Shown piece by piece: positions 1 through 12,141 of a stretch of DNA of 42,877 nucleotides. Position 1 is the stretch's first letter. Each line of letters starts with the position of its first letter. The notes below the pieces were generated by a model. The model made no database searches, was not told the origin of the DNA, and was given only the letters and a program-made list of their open reading frames with translations. The translations under genes and the position numbers were made by a program. Source of the DNA: Perkinsus olseni (taxonomy: Eukaryota); assembly GCA_013115125.1 (NCBI GenBank), contig JABANN010000284.1, forward strand, positions 1 to 42,877, in the 5' to 3' direction.

Positions 1-158
1 GTATCCGTACACAGTCTGGTCCTTGAGCTGGTTAATAAGGTTTGGGCAAACTTCCCCTATATATAACCTTACAGTCATGACGTCATAGTGTGACGTGTCT
101 CCTTGACTACATTGAGTTAATGAACAACTGTCTCGTGTAGTTTTCTCCGTTACTGCAG

Positions 159-611
159 GTATTGGTCGTTAACGGGGATCAAGACTATCTGACCAATGCT
201 GTGGGTACAGCAGAGTGGCTGTTGAAGTTGAAAGGCGTAGAGAAGTACGGCGAGATGCTCGGGCATGTCAGGCCCGTTCCTCTTAAGGTCAGGAAATACT
301 CCTACAGTAGGCTACGTAGTGCCATGCTCGATATTCATCCTTTCCTCAGGATGACAAAGGTCGAGCCTTCGGGAATATAAAAGCTCTAAAGTATGGCAAC
401 GCAGCTAGGCTCGCATTTCTAGAGGTACTATACTGTCAGTTCGAAGGAACCCTACCGTGTGGCCCCTCCTCAGGTGACAGGCGGGGGCCATAGTCTTGTC
501 CTCAACGAGCCAGTGGGTATGCAGCAGACGCTCTGGGCCTTCCTCGACGGTGGACTCTGGTCAAATATGATAAAGACAGATGATGGTAAAGTATGCTACA
601 TAGACACATGA
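159..611 (+). CDS. Serine carboxypeptidase (peptidase S10), 3' exons only; gene begins upstream
   Basis: Exons 159-287, 350-424 and 474-611 joined by GT-AG introns give VLVVNGDQDYLTNAVGTAEWL...RLAFLE|VTGGGHSLVLNEP...*. This contains the S10 catalytic Asp (GDxD) and His (GGH) motifs. Clear paralog of the gene at 12142-15012, with the same intron positions. Confidence 0.85.
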
Positions 612-728
612 TTGTTATCATGATCATCTCACCGACTTATTAACCGTGTGAAACTTTTCCTACCCGCTGTCAGTGATAAACCCTCAATATTTTTTACTCT
701 CTTAAAGGGAGTCCCTTTCTGTGGATGC

Positions 729-1321
729 TTAAGCGACTAAAATGGCTTCTTTCAAGAGTGATACTGCGTTACCGCGAGTCTCGGGATGAAGGACATAAGT
801 AAGGCTGAAGAGGCCGTCGTATGTCGTGATGATGCTATCGTCTTCATTGACCTGATCTTCTGCCTTGAGATCGGCATAGTGGAGATTCACCAGTGGAACC
901 GGTTAGAAGGTAACCGCGCAGTGGTGTCCGCGAAGACCTTGAAATGGTGAAGTTATTCACCGCTGCAGAATAGCACTTTGAAATACCGATCCACTAATAC
1001 GTAGTACGTATTATGAGTAAACCAGGCAAAGCGTTGGAAATAGGTAGCGGAGGACTGCAACTCAGTTTTAACAACTGAGCTCGAGTCGAGGCATTGCGTG
1101 TAGGTCGGGTTGGGTGGGGGGGGGCGGCCCCCCCCCCCCCCCCCCCCCCCCCCCAGCCCGCGCCCCCCCCCCCGCCCCCCCCCCGCCCCCCCCCCCCCCC
1201 CCACCCAACCCCCCCGACCCGGGCCCCCCCGTGAAGGCGGCACNNNNNNNNNNTTTTTTTCTACAACCCCCGCACTTGGTTTTAAAGTGGTTCGGGTTGC
1301 CCTCCAACTCTTTTTAAAAAT

Positions 1322-1362
<41 letters not shown>

Positions 1363-1449
1363 GCCCCCCCCCCCCCCCCCCCGACCCACACCGACGGCAA
1401 TCCGAGGAACGCCAGGCAGGACTACCAAATATAACTTTCCTGCGGACAT
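729..1449 (-). pseudogene. Possible degraded or gap-broken hypothetical gene
   Basis: Protein-like minus-strand segments (MSAGKLYLVVLPG..., TELQSSATYFQRFAWFTHNTYYVLVDRYFK, VNLHYADLKAEDQ...EAILVA*) lie in different frames and are interrupted by the poly-G/C gap region. Confidence 0.25.
1106..1395. other. Assembly gap (10 N at 1244-1253) flanked by low-quality poly-G/poly-C sequence
   Basis: A run of N with long G and C homopolymers on both sides. The two flanks look like reverse complements (G-run-CGG-C-run versus G-run-CCG-C-run). Confidence 0.9.
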
Positions 1450-2231
1450 CACGACGATTGCCGTTACAGATAAAACGTCGACGCAGTTCTCGGATTTCTA
1501 ATGAGGGGAGCACACCTTTCAACCAACAACTCTCAGATAATATCGTGCCTGTCGTTCGACACGCAATGCCTCGTGATATTGTCTACTGCTAGGCTTAAGT
1601 GATCTATCATTAAATTGTGGACGGTTCATTGAGATTGGATATGCGTCAATTTGAGATTGACTCCTTCTACAGTATATCTAGGTATTGCGTTATCTCAGAT
1701 AACTTATCTGGGGCCGTATGCGGATCCTGATTTCGGAATCTGTGACCTTGATTCAAATCACCCTGTGATCTCGAGTCGTGATTCGACTCACACCCTGATT
1801 CAAGAGTACTGATTCAAATTCTATACTCGTGAGTAAGATTCGAGATTCGAGAGAAAGATTAGTTGAGTCCGAGTCAGAGTGAGGAATCGAGAGCGATTTT
1901 CTGTCTGACTGTCCAGCTCCCCTTGCTTAGATATGGCGGCCTCGTAACCCCCACCCTTGAACAGAAATCGACCCTCCCTGAACAGAAAATCGCGGCTGAG
2001 CGGAGGGGCTCCTTGGAGGTCCTTTCGCGTTGTAATTCTGGCTGCACACCTCGAGGATCTATCAAACTCCGGCGTCGCATTTTCTATGACATCGAACCCC
2101 TCTGGCCCAATTTCCATCGTCAAACACCCATTTCTCGCCGGTGGGACCACGATCAAAGTCTCCACACCGCAGTGAAACACCCTTCATAAACGCTACGGGG
2201 TATCGTTCTCCTCGACTCATGCTTTCCGTCG

Positions 2232-2303
2232 GCGCCGCTGGTCTAAAGGTTATGACTTCTGTCTGCCAAACGGAAGATCCGGGTTCAATTCCCGGGCGGC
2301 GCA
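2232..2303 (+). tRNA. tRNA-Gly(GCC)
   Basis: Acceptor stem GCGCCGC/GCGGCGC plus discriminator A, D-loop TGGTCTAAAGG, anticodon loop CT-GCC-AA in a TCTGT/ACGGA stem, T-loop GTTCAATTC, and a T4 run about 15 nt downstream. Confidence 0.95.
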
Positions 2304-2535
2304 GAGTTGACAATCACTTTTGGTGTAAACGCCTACCTGGCGGCGATTCACCACTATACCCCCCTTCGTCGTCCCCCCAACTGGCTTAAGATGCTCATCG
2401 TTTCCTACTCTTCGGTCTCCATCAACTCTCAATAATGATGAACTCTACACTGCTATCACCATTACACGTGTACCCCGTGGTAAATGAATACACATCACAC
2501 ATTCATGAAGCACTATTGCGTCCCCCGTAGCATGC

Positions 2536-3471
2536 TCATGCCGCAGGGGCGGGCGTCGTGGGAATACTGACGTTGATAGCAGGGACGATGTCAATCGAGG
2601 GGATAACTTTGCAGGTCTCCACGATGTTAGCGCCGTTATTCATGTGAGAGACGTAGCGACCAAAGCCGCCAATAGCAGCGGCGAAGGCCTTGATAGCCTC
2701 ACAGTCGAGCCTCACTCCCCCAAGCTTAGCGGGGAAGTCCACCATGTCGATCTGATTCTTCGTTTCCTTTGTAAATTGAGTCAAATGGGACAAGTCGGGA
2801 GCCACGAACTTGTCCGTCGGTCCATCACCGTTCCCATCACCGCCAAATTCGAGAGTGATGGTCGAATGACCGGGCAGGAAGTCAACCTCGCACTCGCTGC
2901 CGTCAGTAGCGGCAGCACTGGGCGCCGAGGAGCCGTCGTGATTACAAAGGACCTTGACGCCGTTGAGGAGAGGATCGCGACCACTGTGAAGGTAATCCGA
3001 GAGAGCTTGGCATGTGACAGCACGACGCTCTAGGTTGCCGATGAACCTAGGCCCGAACGTCGCCATCTGCCCGGCACAGCGTCCACTGACTAGCTTATGG
3101 ACATCGCCGGTATGAGTGAAGACCAAATAGGTATCGGGGTCTCCGAGGAAGACCTTGCAGGAGTTACCGGCCTCCTCTGGTGGTAGTACCTGGCAGATAG
3201 AGGACTCAGTTCTACGAGCAACAGAGTGTGGCCGAGCTGGCTCCATCAGCCCCACCCCTCACAACCCTCCAAGGCGCTTATAGGCTCCCGGTTCGAGTGC
3301 CCCTCTATTACCTCAGCCGAGTCTGTCTTGTAGGGGAAATCCTCTTGCTTGCCGCAGCCACCAAGGAGCCTGACGACAGGGGGGTCCCTTCCTGGTAGCT
3401 TCCCAAAGGACGGGTGTGACTCACGCTGTGATGGCCGCCGCGGCCACGCCAATAACTGCTGCTTTCAACAT
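2536..3471 (-). CDS. Secreted or membrane-anchored hypothetical protein (~252 aa, 3 exons) with lipobox-like signal peptide
   Basis: Exons 3471-3425, 3369-3312 and 3189-2536 splice in frame (GTGAGT..AG, GTAATA..AG) to give MLKAAVIGVAAAAITALLGGCGKQEDFPYKTDSAE|VLPPEEAGNSC...PAPAA*. Confidence 0.75.
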
Positions 3472-3593
3472 GGAAGGGTTGCTGCGGAAAGTGGCCAAAA
3501 CGATAGAACTACTGAGATCAACGCTTTTAGCATCCGAGACGCCGCGGTCGTTGGAAAGCGGACTTGGCTCGAATAAGTGCACGAAAAAATTAC

Positions 3594-4410
3594 ATGCAAG
3601 GCGACGAGAGAAATCAGTTGGGTTGGCCCTCTACGACTCCGGCCAGCATCAACCTGTCCTCGTTTACCTCAGTCCCAGCTGGAGCTGTTCTAACTTGGAA
3701 GTAAAGGCTTATCGAAATCGCTGTCCCCTGTAGACCTGGCTGATACTGAGGTCACCGATGCTTGGGGCAGACAGTGACCATTCTGTACTACTACTTAGAA
3801 GCGGACAGGAGGCTTGGGACAGGGGGAGGGCTGAACGGCAACCGTCTCGGTTTGATAGGCCTACCACGGCGATGGTGTTGTTGGCAGTTGAGCCTTTCCT
3901 TATGACTGATCGTCGACCAGGGGCTGGTGGCTACGATGATGATGCCCTCCCTGTGAAGGTGCTGCCTGTGAAAGAGTACATCAAGGAGTTCGAGAAGGAG
4001 CATCCTGAAGGTACTCCCGGGTTGATGATGAGGTGAAGGAGTGGTACTCTCAGTGGTACGGAGGGGCCAGTCGGAAGACCGCCAAGAGCAACTAGTACCG
4101 CAGCCCCCGTCCAATGCAAATTTACGGATTAAAGATGTGAGCCAGAGCGCGAAGAGGGTGTCGCCATACCATCTCATCACAGTCCGCCTCCTGCATGGCC
4201 TCTTGCCGGTATGCCCTCTACAAGCAGGCCGAACTCGAGGCCAGCTTGGACTCCTCAATGGAAGACCCGCAGGAAAGGGAAGTCCATCGCCGAGTGGTAG
4301 GCCCGGTGGGGAGGGACGCCGGGGACTCCTTCGGTCAGGTCCACTCACGCTTCTCGGCGATGCAGCATCAGTGTCGTCGATTATGCAATCAAGCCTTTGT
4401 TAATCGATAA
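3594..4410 (+). CDS. Hypothetical multi-exon protein
   Basis: Exon-like blocks bounded by splice signals (GAGGYDDDALPVKVLPVKEYIKEFEKEHPE; SCMASCRYALYKQAELE...QCRRLCNQAFVNR*). The 5' end and full exon chain are not resolved. Confidence 0.4.
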
Positions 4411-4485
4411 TGAATCGTTTCTGGGGTTCCTTACGGTGCGTCGTGCAGCAGTCACTCAATTAGGGCCAGCAGCGAGTCGTTTCCA

Positions 4486-6572
4486 ATGCCCGGCCAGTAC
4501 AGCCAATTCGTCCCGGGCTTCGAGCTTCGCTCCGCTAACGACAATAACAAAATTTATCTCTTCCATCATCTGCTTGGAGAGGGGGCATTTGGCCAGGTTG
4601 GTAGTCCTGCGGCACCACCGCTGCCACTGTTCTCGAGTAGGTGTGGAGGTGCACCGATCTGTCGTCGGAAACGGAAGTGGCTTTGAAGGTTGTCGATTGC
4701 AACGCCGTCGGTAATGAGTCGCTAAAGGGCATAGAGAAAGAGATCGAGCTCACTGGTGAGCGGTCCCCGCCCCTGCGCCTTCGCCAAGTTGGTTGGTACG
4801 TAGCCAAAGCCCGCAGCGCTATGGGTAAGCTGTGTCCCAAGTTCTATGAGGCCTTCCGAGTGGACCTGCCCGACCCTCTGGTACCTAGTGGGAGGTCCTT
4901 TGTCAAGTAATAGGATGGTGCCAGCAGCTGAAGGGGGGGTGGCTGAGTTAGGTACCTGATCATGTCCATGGAGTTCGTTGACGGTGTCCCGCTGGACAAG
5001 CTGATAGAATTCAGTCTCCTCAACGAAACCGTCTGCGCGTAGGGTCTCTAGCAGTGGTCCACCGGCCCAGCCTTGTCGCAGTTACGTCGTTTACAACATC
5101 CTATTGGCGCTTAAAGGCCTGCATGAGAAACATATTATTCACAGGGACATTAAGGCGGCTAATGTCATGATAGGTATGTCTGCTTTGCGATGAGGCTGAT
5201 GTAGTCGTTGGTTCAGGTAAATCCGGCCGAGTGGTCCTCTGCGACTTTGGTGTCTCTAGACTGCTCGAAAAGGAGGCGCAGGCCCTCACCTTCACCGGTA
5301 GGCCTGGCAGCGGCAGTAGTCGCTTCGGTGCGTATTACCGTTGTGACATGATGATGTCGAGTCGACACGGTTGGCGTAGAATGGATGAAAATTTTATGAC
5401 TTCGATGTAATTCATAAGATATTATAGTATATGTATCATAGTAACTTATTACATTAACTTAGAGTCTAATATGAAGTTTCTATTTTTTCATCCTCATGAT
5501 TACAAACGTAACACATCCAGGTCAGCGTAACACAAATTGTGTTACACAATCGATGGGGACAGTATCCGTCTCAGCGATGTCGCGCAACTGGAGACTTGGT
5601 AGAACTGATCAGGATTGTGATCATACTATAGTCAGAGGTCTCTCGCGGATGTGGCTGGCCAGGGCGTCGGTTGTCCATATGCCGTGGCGTCCCATGCTCT
5701 ACGTCATTCGGATTCGATGAGATCGCACATACTGATTGATGAGGATGCTGGCCAGTGGCCACAATCCTAACAAATTTGATTCGAAACTCTCACGGGGAAC
5801 AGACTTATGCGTACTGGAAAGTGCTCATGAGGGTTTGAAGTACCCTCTAGCATCTCTGCAGCGTTGTATTAGAAACAGAGACTACTTGTATGAGACTCGC
5901 TTCATACGAGTGGTGGACTTGTTACTAGTAGTGCAGCATGAAGCATGTAGAGGGCCTAACCTGTGCTAGGCACACCGTTCTGGATGGCCCCTGAGGTTAT
6001 CATATCATATTCGTTGTCACAGAAGTCGGGTGGCAGTGGCCAGGTGAGTGATGGAAGTCCCGAGGAGACTCAGAAGGCTACCGTAGGTCCCGGGGGGCAT
6101 GCGGGCCGGCTACGACTGCAGGGCTGATATATGGTCCCTTGGGGTTACTGCCGTTGAGGCCTGTCTCGGCCATCCACCGCATGCTGATAAGTTTGCACGT
6201 AAGCTCGTGGCCTCCAATCATGCCATCACCGATTGCCCCTAGGGATGCCGCATATGGTCTACCTAACGATAGTGAAGGACCCCCCTCCCACTATGGACAT
6301 GGCAAAGTACACAGGGACGGTCTTGAGGGACAGGAGCGCCGGTCGTGATAGGTTCTCGGACACCTACCGGGACTTCCTCGGCCATTGCTTCCAGAAGTGC
6401 CCTGATGACCGAATGACGGCTTCACAACTGCTCAAGTGCCGGACGGCTGTTTTTCCTGACACTTCTAGCTTTGTTGTTTCCACTCCTCATCAGACACGAA
6501 TGGATAACAGAGATGAAGGAGTACGAGAAGGACGTCGTGAAGGACAGGCTAATCTCCAATGTTAACACGTAG
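4486..6572 (+). CDS. Ser/Thr protein kinase, STE20/STE-group-like (about 10 exons)
   Basis: Spliced motifs occur in order: LGEGAFGQV, VALKVV, EKEI, MEFVDG, IIHRDIKAANVMI, LCDFGVS, TFT|GTPFWMAPEVI, YDCRADIWSLGVTAVE, DRMTASQLLKHEWI, with TAG at 6570-6572. HRDIKAAN plus GTPFWMAPEVI is typical of STE20 kinases. Confidence 0.92.
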
Positions 6573-6798
6573 GCCCTGCAGTCGTAGAGTTCTTGCCCCT
6601 ACCCGAGTAGGGCTTCTGTCGGTGAGGCGTGCCGTAGCACCCTCCCTGTGTGCCTCAATTGTTTTTTAATTGACGTCAAGCTATCCGTATCTATCACATA
6701 GCTATTCGATAGATCTCCCTATTTCAATATACTTGGCATTTAATACAGGTACCTCCTCTGGGAGGCTCAGCAAGGTGAAGACGTTGAGGAGAGTAGCG

Positions 6799-6800
<2 letters not shown>

Positions 6801-6837
<37 letters not shown>
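6801..6837 (+). repeat. (GAT)12 microsatellite
   Basis: Perfect trinucleotide run in intergenic DNA. Confidence 0.95.
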
Positions 6838-7248
6838 TGGCACAGGAGATGGCGATCGGCGGTTGAGGTATAAAGTCAATTAGTGCTAATTAATGGTGGA
6901 GCCCTTGGCTCAACCCCAATCGGTTATGTGGAGTCTTTGTTGCAACAAATTCAATCGTTTGAGGTCGACATGTTTTGTGTTGGTCATGATAATAGTACAG
7001 GATATAATTTCGTGGCGCGTGACGATTGTCGTACTGAACCCTCTACAAACCCTATGGCTCCGAGCAACTCCAGGCATGGGCGTGTATGCAACTTTTGGTT
7101 CCGCCAGGAGGCGTCGGGCGCAGCCTTGCCGAGGCTTCGTACGGACTGCCCTCGGAGTTGATGTCTTCATTCCTGTTGGATTCTTTTAGAGAATCTTGAT
7201 CCCTGATGGACCGAGAGACCTCAGCTTCTTTGTAAAGCTGTACCCATC

Positions 7249-9378
7249 CATGCCTCTCGACATCAACTGGAGGCTCCTCATCATATCCTACGCAGCGACT
7301 GTGCTAGTCGGCCTGATAGTACTACAGATAGTGTAGGGGTAGACACCAGAGAGACGACAGGATCCTCCCTTGGCAGGGTGGGGTCGATAGGCCTCAGTAC
7401 GGCGGCCCACTTCCGAGGAGGCCATGCATCCCTACTGGGGCTCACTCTCCCAAGGAGCGCTTCAATGGCTGATGCGGGAGCTCAGAGGGAGTAGGTCGAC
7501 CGGCGGTTCCGTTGAGGACTGTATGGGATCTCAGAACCGTCCAGAAGGACCAGATACGCAGTACGACGGAGGCAACGATGGCTTCCCCGAGTTTGTTGTT
7601 GTTGCTGCTGCGGACAGGTTTTCCGTCGATTTTTCAGGTCAATTGACGGCGCCGTATGGAGAGGTTAATAAGGACCCGACCACCCTTCACGTCGTGTAGG
7701 CTACGCACCGGATTCTTCAGGGAGGAGGTCGAGGCAGCTCAGGTATGCTTGTGATAAGGAGCAAATGGAGGCTCTGAAGGCTAGTGTTGCCAGTCTTATC
7801 AGTAACACGGCAGAGCACAGAAGGCTGCACGTACGCTCCGACTCACTCATCCTCACCACTACCGCTGCTGCTGCTACTAGATACATCTTCTCGTTGGCAC
7901 CGCTTCTGACCACCGGAATGTCGCTGAAGTGATGGGCATACCGTCAGCGTTGGACTCGGGAACACTGAGAGGAGGTAGGCCACTGGTCCCTGGGCTGGCG
8001 GTCAGCATTGCCGCAGGGGCCCGAGTCAGCCTGCTACTGGTGGAGTCACAGACGATGATGATCTCAAACGTTGATGAGGCGGTCGTGAAGGTGATGGTCA
8101 CATTAGCCTCGGCCACTACGACTGTTCAGGAGCGCGGCAACATCAGAGCGGTGGAGAACTACGCCCGCTTCTATCTGGACCGGATACTTCCGATGGACTC
8201 GCTCGATACAGTTGTCGTTTACTTGGATGCAGACACCATCGTACTCGGCGATGTCGCTGAGGTAAGATTTGACCCATCACTAGCTGTCCAGTTCCTCCTA
8301 GGTAGCATCCGCTCTGCTGGGCTCTGTAGGGGCTGCTGTGGCTCTGGCGCAGCGGAATGAGCCGACAGCGATGGAGGCCTTCCTCGAACCGGATAAACGA
8401 TGTATGCCAAGCGTCCCTTAGTCATCCGAAGGTCCCTCAGGTCTCGACTTGGATGTCAAGGAGCGCATCGGGAATCTACGGTCGAGGACGGCTTATAACG
8501 CGGGGGTGATGGGCATCCATCTCGGACGATGGAAGAGCTTGCGAGTGAGTATCCTCCTAGTGAGCATCCGAATTCGTTGTACATGATCGAAGAGACGACA
8601 TGGGGATGATTTTCGGGTCTCGAGCTTCGTAATTCTCACAAAGGCATGCTCTTGGACCAAGGCAAAAAGGTTAGTATCCGCAAATATTGTCCCCATGGCT
8701 GGTGAACTCGACATAGTAAAGGTAGAATTTTTCGGTAGTTGCATACTCGTGTTTGCAAATGTGAAGATATCTAGCTCAGCGTAGGACAATACATGGAGAC
8801 AGTATCCGTAGGCAAGATCGCACAATAAGAGACGTAACAATAATTTGGAAGCATCAGTGATGGGCAGGTAAGGGATCGTGTGGAACAGTGGATCAGCTGG
8901 CATAACAAGTGCCGGATATGGAAGGGAGGATCTCAGCCTCCCTTGTTGCTGGCCCTATACGATCTGACTGCTAACCAACCGGTGAGGCTCCCTTCTTAGC
9001 GACAGAGAGGAGAGTGACCATCTCAGGGAGCGGAGCAAGTGATGGTCGAGCTGCCGTCTGAATGGAACTTCGCTAACCTAGGATGGAGTGGGCGGAAACC
9101 CTGAGTCGCCCGGTTGAACTTCTCCTCTTGTCGTTCAAGAGACTGATTTTGCTGCGACGGAGCTGGCGGGGCAGAAGGGGCTCCATTGGAATGGCCCGAA
9201 GAAGCCGTGGCTCCAGAATGGCCTTTACGTCGAGGCCTGGCTGCCCTGGCGGAAAAAGTTCGACTCAATGGTACGCACTTTCCTGAGCAAAATTAGGGAG
9301 CGAGTCAATGAGTTGATTCCACTACTGTGGTGTCTTTTTGAGACCAACCAAGGTCTCGTTATGCAGCTGGGGAAGTAA
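7249..9378 (+). CDS. Glycosyltransferase family 8 (GATL/GLT8D-like), type II membrane protein
   Basis: N-terminal TM segment (WRLLIISYAATVLVGLIVLQIV), then ASVASLISNT, NYARFYLDRILP, VVYLDADTIVLGDVAE (DxD), YNAGVMGIHLGRW, GGSQPPLLLAL, LPSEWNFANLGW and LHWNGPKKPW. The exact start and last exon are uncertain. Confidence 0.88.
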
Positions 9379-9480
9379 CGGCAGTGATTTGAAATCGGAT
9401 CGATTCAATTGAGCCGTTTATCACCTCGTTTCTGCTCCGCCGATACGCGCTGAGATGTCATTTGACCTGTTTAAAGTATC

Positions 9481-9552
9481 GGCTGTGTGGTCTAGTGGTA
9501 TGATTCGCGCTTCGGGTGCGCGAGGTCCCGGGTTCGATTCTCGGCTCAGCCC
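9481..9552 (+). tRNA. tRNA-Pro(CGG)
   Basis: Acceptor stem GGCTGTG/CTCAGCC (one T-T mismatch), D arm TGGTCTAGTGGTATGA, anticodon stem-loop CGCGC-TTCGGGT-GCGCG, T-loop GGTTCGATTC. Confidence 0.93.
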
Positions 9553-9733
9553 TTATGTTCTTATATAGATAGTGAGCAGCAGTGAATCAAAACCGTCATT
9601 GACCATCAACCAATCGCATCACTCCGTCAACACCTCGGCAGCGTGCCAAGTTAATCTCCTGAAGCAGAAGTCTCGAACGGCCTGTAAGTGAAACTCATAA
9701 CCAACTTCCATCGACCCACCTGAAATGATGTAG

Positions 9734-11629
9734 GCGTTGGTGGTCTCTCGTTCGGCTGCTACTCTCCATTGGAGCTATGGGTGGACAGAGGCTGCAAAGG
9801 AAAATTCGCCGTATACCGTGAGTCTCTTACAGTCGTCATCGCTGCATGCGATGCAAGTGTGACGCTTTTGGTCGGACTCGTCCGTATACCATAGGGAGGG
9901 TCGCTTTACCCCGCCTGACCTTGCAGGTGTACCAGCAGGGACTACTGATGTGCTGGTCCTCGTGGAAGCTCTCTTCTGCAAGTCTCGTGCAGGCGCTCTG
10001 AATGTCTGTGACGTCGTTCCCGAGGTCCCTGATGGTACGCTTTGGTGACTTGGCGGTCACGGACAAAGCAGTTAGGTCAGCCGTGCGAGGCGCAGATTCT
10101 CACGACATATTTCACACAACACAAGTCAGATTGGCAACGTGAGGGTGTACGGACGAAAGTGAAATACAAGTAGGCATGGTCTCCCTCTCTGGTCGCTGCA
10201 TCGCCCAGTCGGTAGATACATGCGTAAGTTCTACGAATCAGCACGGACGGTGTCGGGGGTTCGGGTGGAGATCATCCATGATGGCTTGCCTGAGGAGTTC
10301 ATAGCAAATTACACAACCGACAAGATTAAGTTTGTGTGAGTGCTCCAACGATGGTGCATGAGAAAGCGGCTGGCAGGTATTGTGACTTGCACCAGTACGA
10401 GCAAAGGCTCGGCGTTAACGATGTAGGGTGCTGCCACGTCGCAGTTTTCCGTTGTTTTCCACATGGACTCAAAGTCTTACTTTTATTGATCCCTCCCTTC
10501 CACGTGCTGTCGGGCACGCCTTCAGCCGCCTCTTGTTGCTCAATGGTGATGGCAGGTTCGATACTACTGCTTCAAAGAGCGTCTACGCGCTAATCCCCAG
10601 TGGGAATTCGTGTTCACGACCGATCTCACAGATGTCTTCGTCAAGAGCAATCCTTGCCCTTACGTGAGCCCCCGCGGCTGTCAGCTCTTAAATACTCACA
10701 TCAGGCCAGAAGACATCGGGACCGCATCTTCGTCGGCCGAGAGACGGTGGACTTGCCGAATCACCCATGGATGGAGAAAAGGTTCAGAGAAGTACAGTCA
10801 GAGGCATGCCCGTTGGTCCAGTCCTGCAATTAGGAGTTTCTCGAGACGCCCCTCTCGCCTGTTTAGCTGTGCATCGATCGTGGTCTCAGTTGAGTGGGAA
10901 GTACTACAACTGGTTCCGTTCTATGAGTCCCATCGGCGTAGAGGACAAGCGTATCTTCAACTGTGGCATCCTGGGTGGTAAGCCTCACAGTCCGGCCCTA
11001 GGCGCGAGTCCGCCTCTCCCGAGGTACCCCTCGACTTTTGTTACGCCTGTTCGACCGGATGCTCGAAGTTATCGAAGATCCCGATCTGCGCATACGAAAG
11101 GAGAGTTCTGATGCTGAGGTACCGGCTCACTAATGTCACGCTGCTCCCGGTAGTTAACTCAACGTAGTGAAGAGTTTACCAGGTATACAAACCGGTCGAA
11201 AAAGTTTTCCGGTCGGATTGATTTTCACCGTATAAGCTGTGAATAACGGAGCTTAACAGCTTATGTAGATGCTCAAGATACGCTCTTGGCCGGAGTGTTT
11301 ATGAATCGTCGTGAGAGATGCAACTCGGTAGCTCAGCTCACGGCTGAGTATCTCAGTCACATGGGTCCTAGTCAGGTGAACACGATTCATCCACAAGCTG
11401 TCTCCGACAGCAGTGACCTCTTCATCGATGATCTTTACTACTCAGGTTAATGTGAATATGCCGGCCCTCAACTGGGTGCTCTTCACTTCGTACTCACCCG
11501 AGGCAATCCAGAGTGACCAGCCAGTCCACAGCCGGTAAGACTACGAGGGGGTTGTCAACTCGTGATCTCCCGCGAAGGTATAAATCGTGGGAGTCGGATC
11601 GAACTGATGTCTGGTTTGTGCACAAGTGA
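9734..11629 (+). CDS. Putative GT-A-fold glycosyltransferase-like protein (5' end uncertain)
   Basis: Exons splice to ILTTYFTQHKSDWQR..YMRKFYES..VEIIHDGLPEEFIANYTTDKIKFV..VFTTDLTDVFVKSNP..IFVGRE..IFNCGILGG..VNMPALN..PVHSR..DRTDVWFVHK* (TGA 11627-11629). TDxxDV and NxGxxGG resemble GT-A/PLOD-type glycosyltransferase motifs. The function is an inference. Confidence 0.7.
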
Positions 11630-12141
11630 CGGCATCATCCCATACCTGTACCATGTACCGTGTATCGTTCCCTTTCCAGCGGATCACAGGCTTCTCTTTC
11701 GTCCGCTCCGTGACCGGGTTGAGGCTGGCATGAGCTCCGGGACATGTCGGTCCCGTTGGACAATTGACAGGACTCATAAGCTAGTGTATGTGCGAGATCC
11801 TGATGATCAGATCATCTCGCGAATCAATCGCGAGATAAAGTTACGAAATTAGCCCGCATGACTAACTCAAAGGCCACAAACAGCGCCTGTTGCTGATCAA
11901 CCGAGTGGAGGTGACCCCTTCTTAAGTTAAGAAGGAATAAGAATCTTAACGGGAAAAGAAAGAATAAGAGGCATCTGGGATACCTAGAGGCTCCTGGCTA
12001 GAGCATCTGCTGCGGTTGTGGGATCCAAATCCTCCAAACAACAAAAGATTGGAGAATGAGTTCTCTCATGGCTCCATGACGATACATAGGACGATCAGAC
12101 TTGAAGAATGTCGTTCTCCTTATACTCGTCGCCTGTAAGCT

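Noticed and set aside
953-1592. Gly-rich and Pro-rich ORFs (formin/extensin-like) and possible G-quadruplex
   Set aside because: They are translations of poly-G/poly-C sequence around an N gap, most likely read decay at a GC hairpin, so the sequence is not reliable.
1863-2432. Several 60-120 aa ORFs around tRNA-Gly
   Set aside because: No domain or splice support, and some are simply translations of the tRNA.
6670-6873. ORF with a poly-Met tract
   Set aside because: Produced by the (GAT)n microsatellite.
9650-10300. Apparent minus-strand Cys-rich gene (HTCIACSDDDC)
   Set aside because: The plus strand here carries the conserved exons of the GT-A-like gene, so the minus-strand ORFs are probably shadows.
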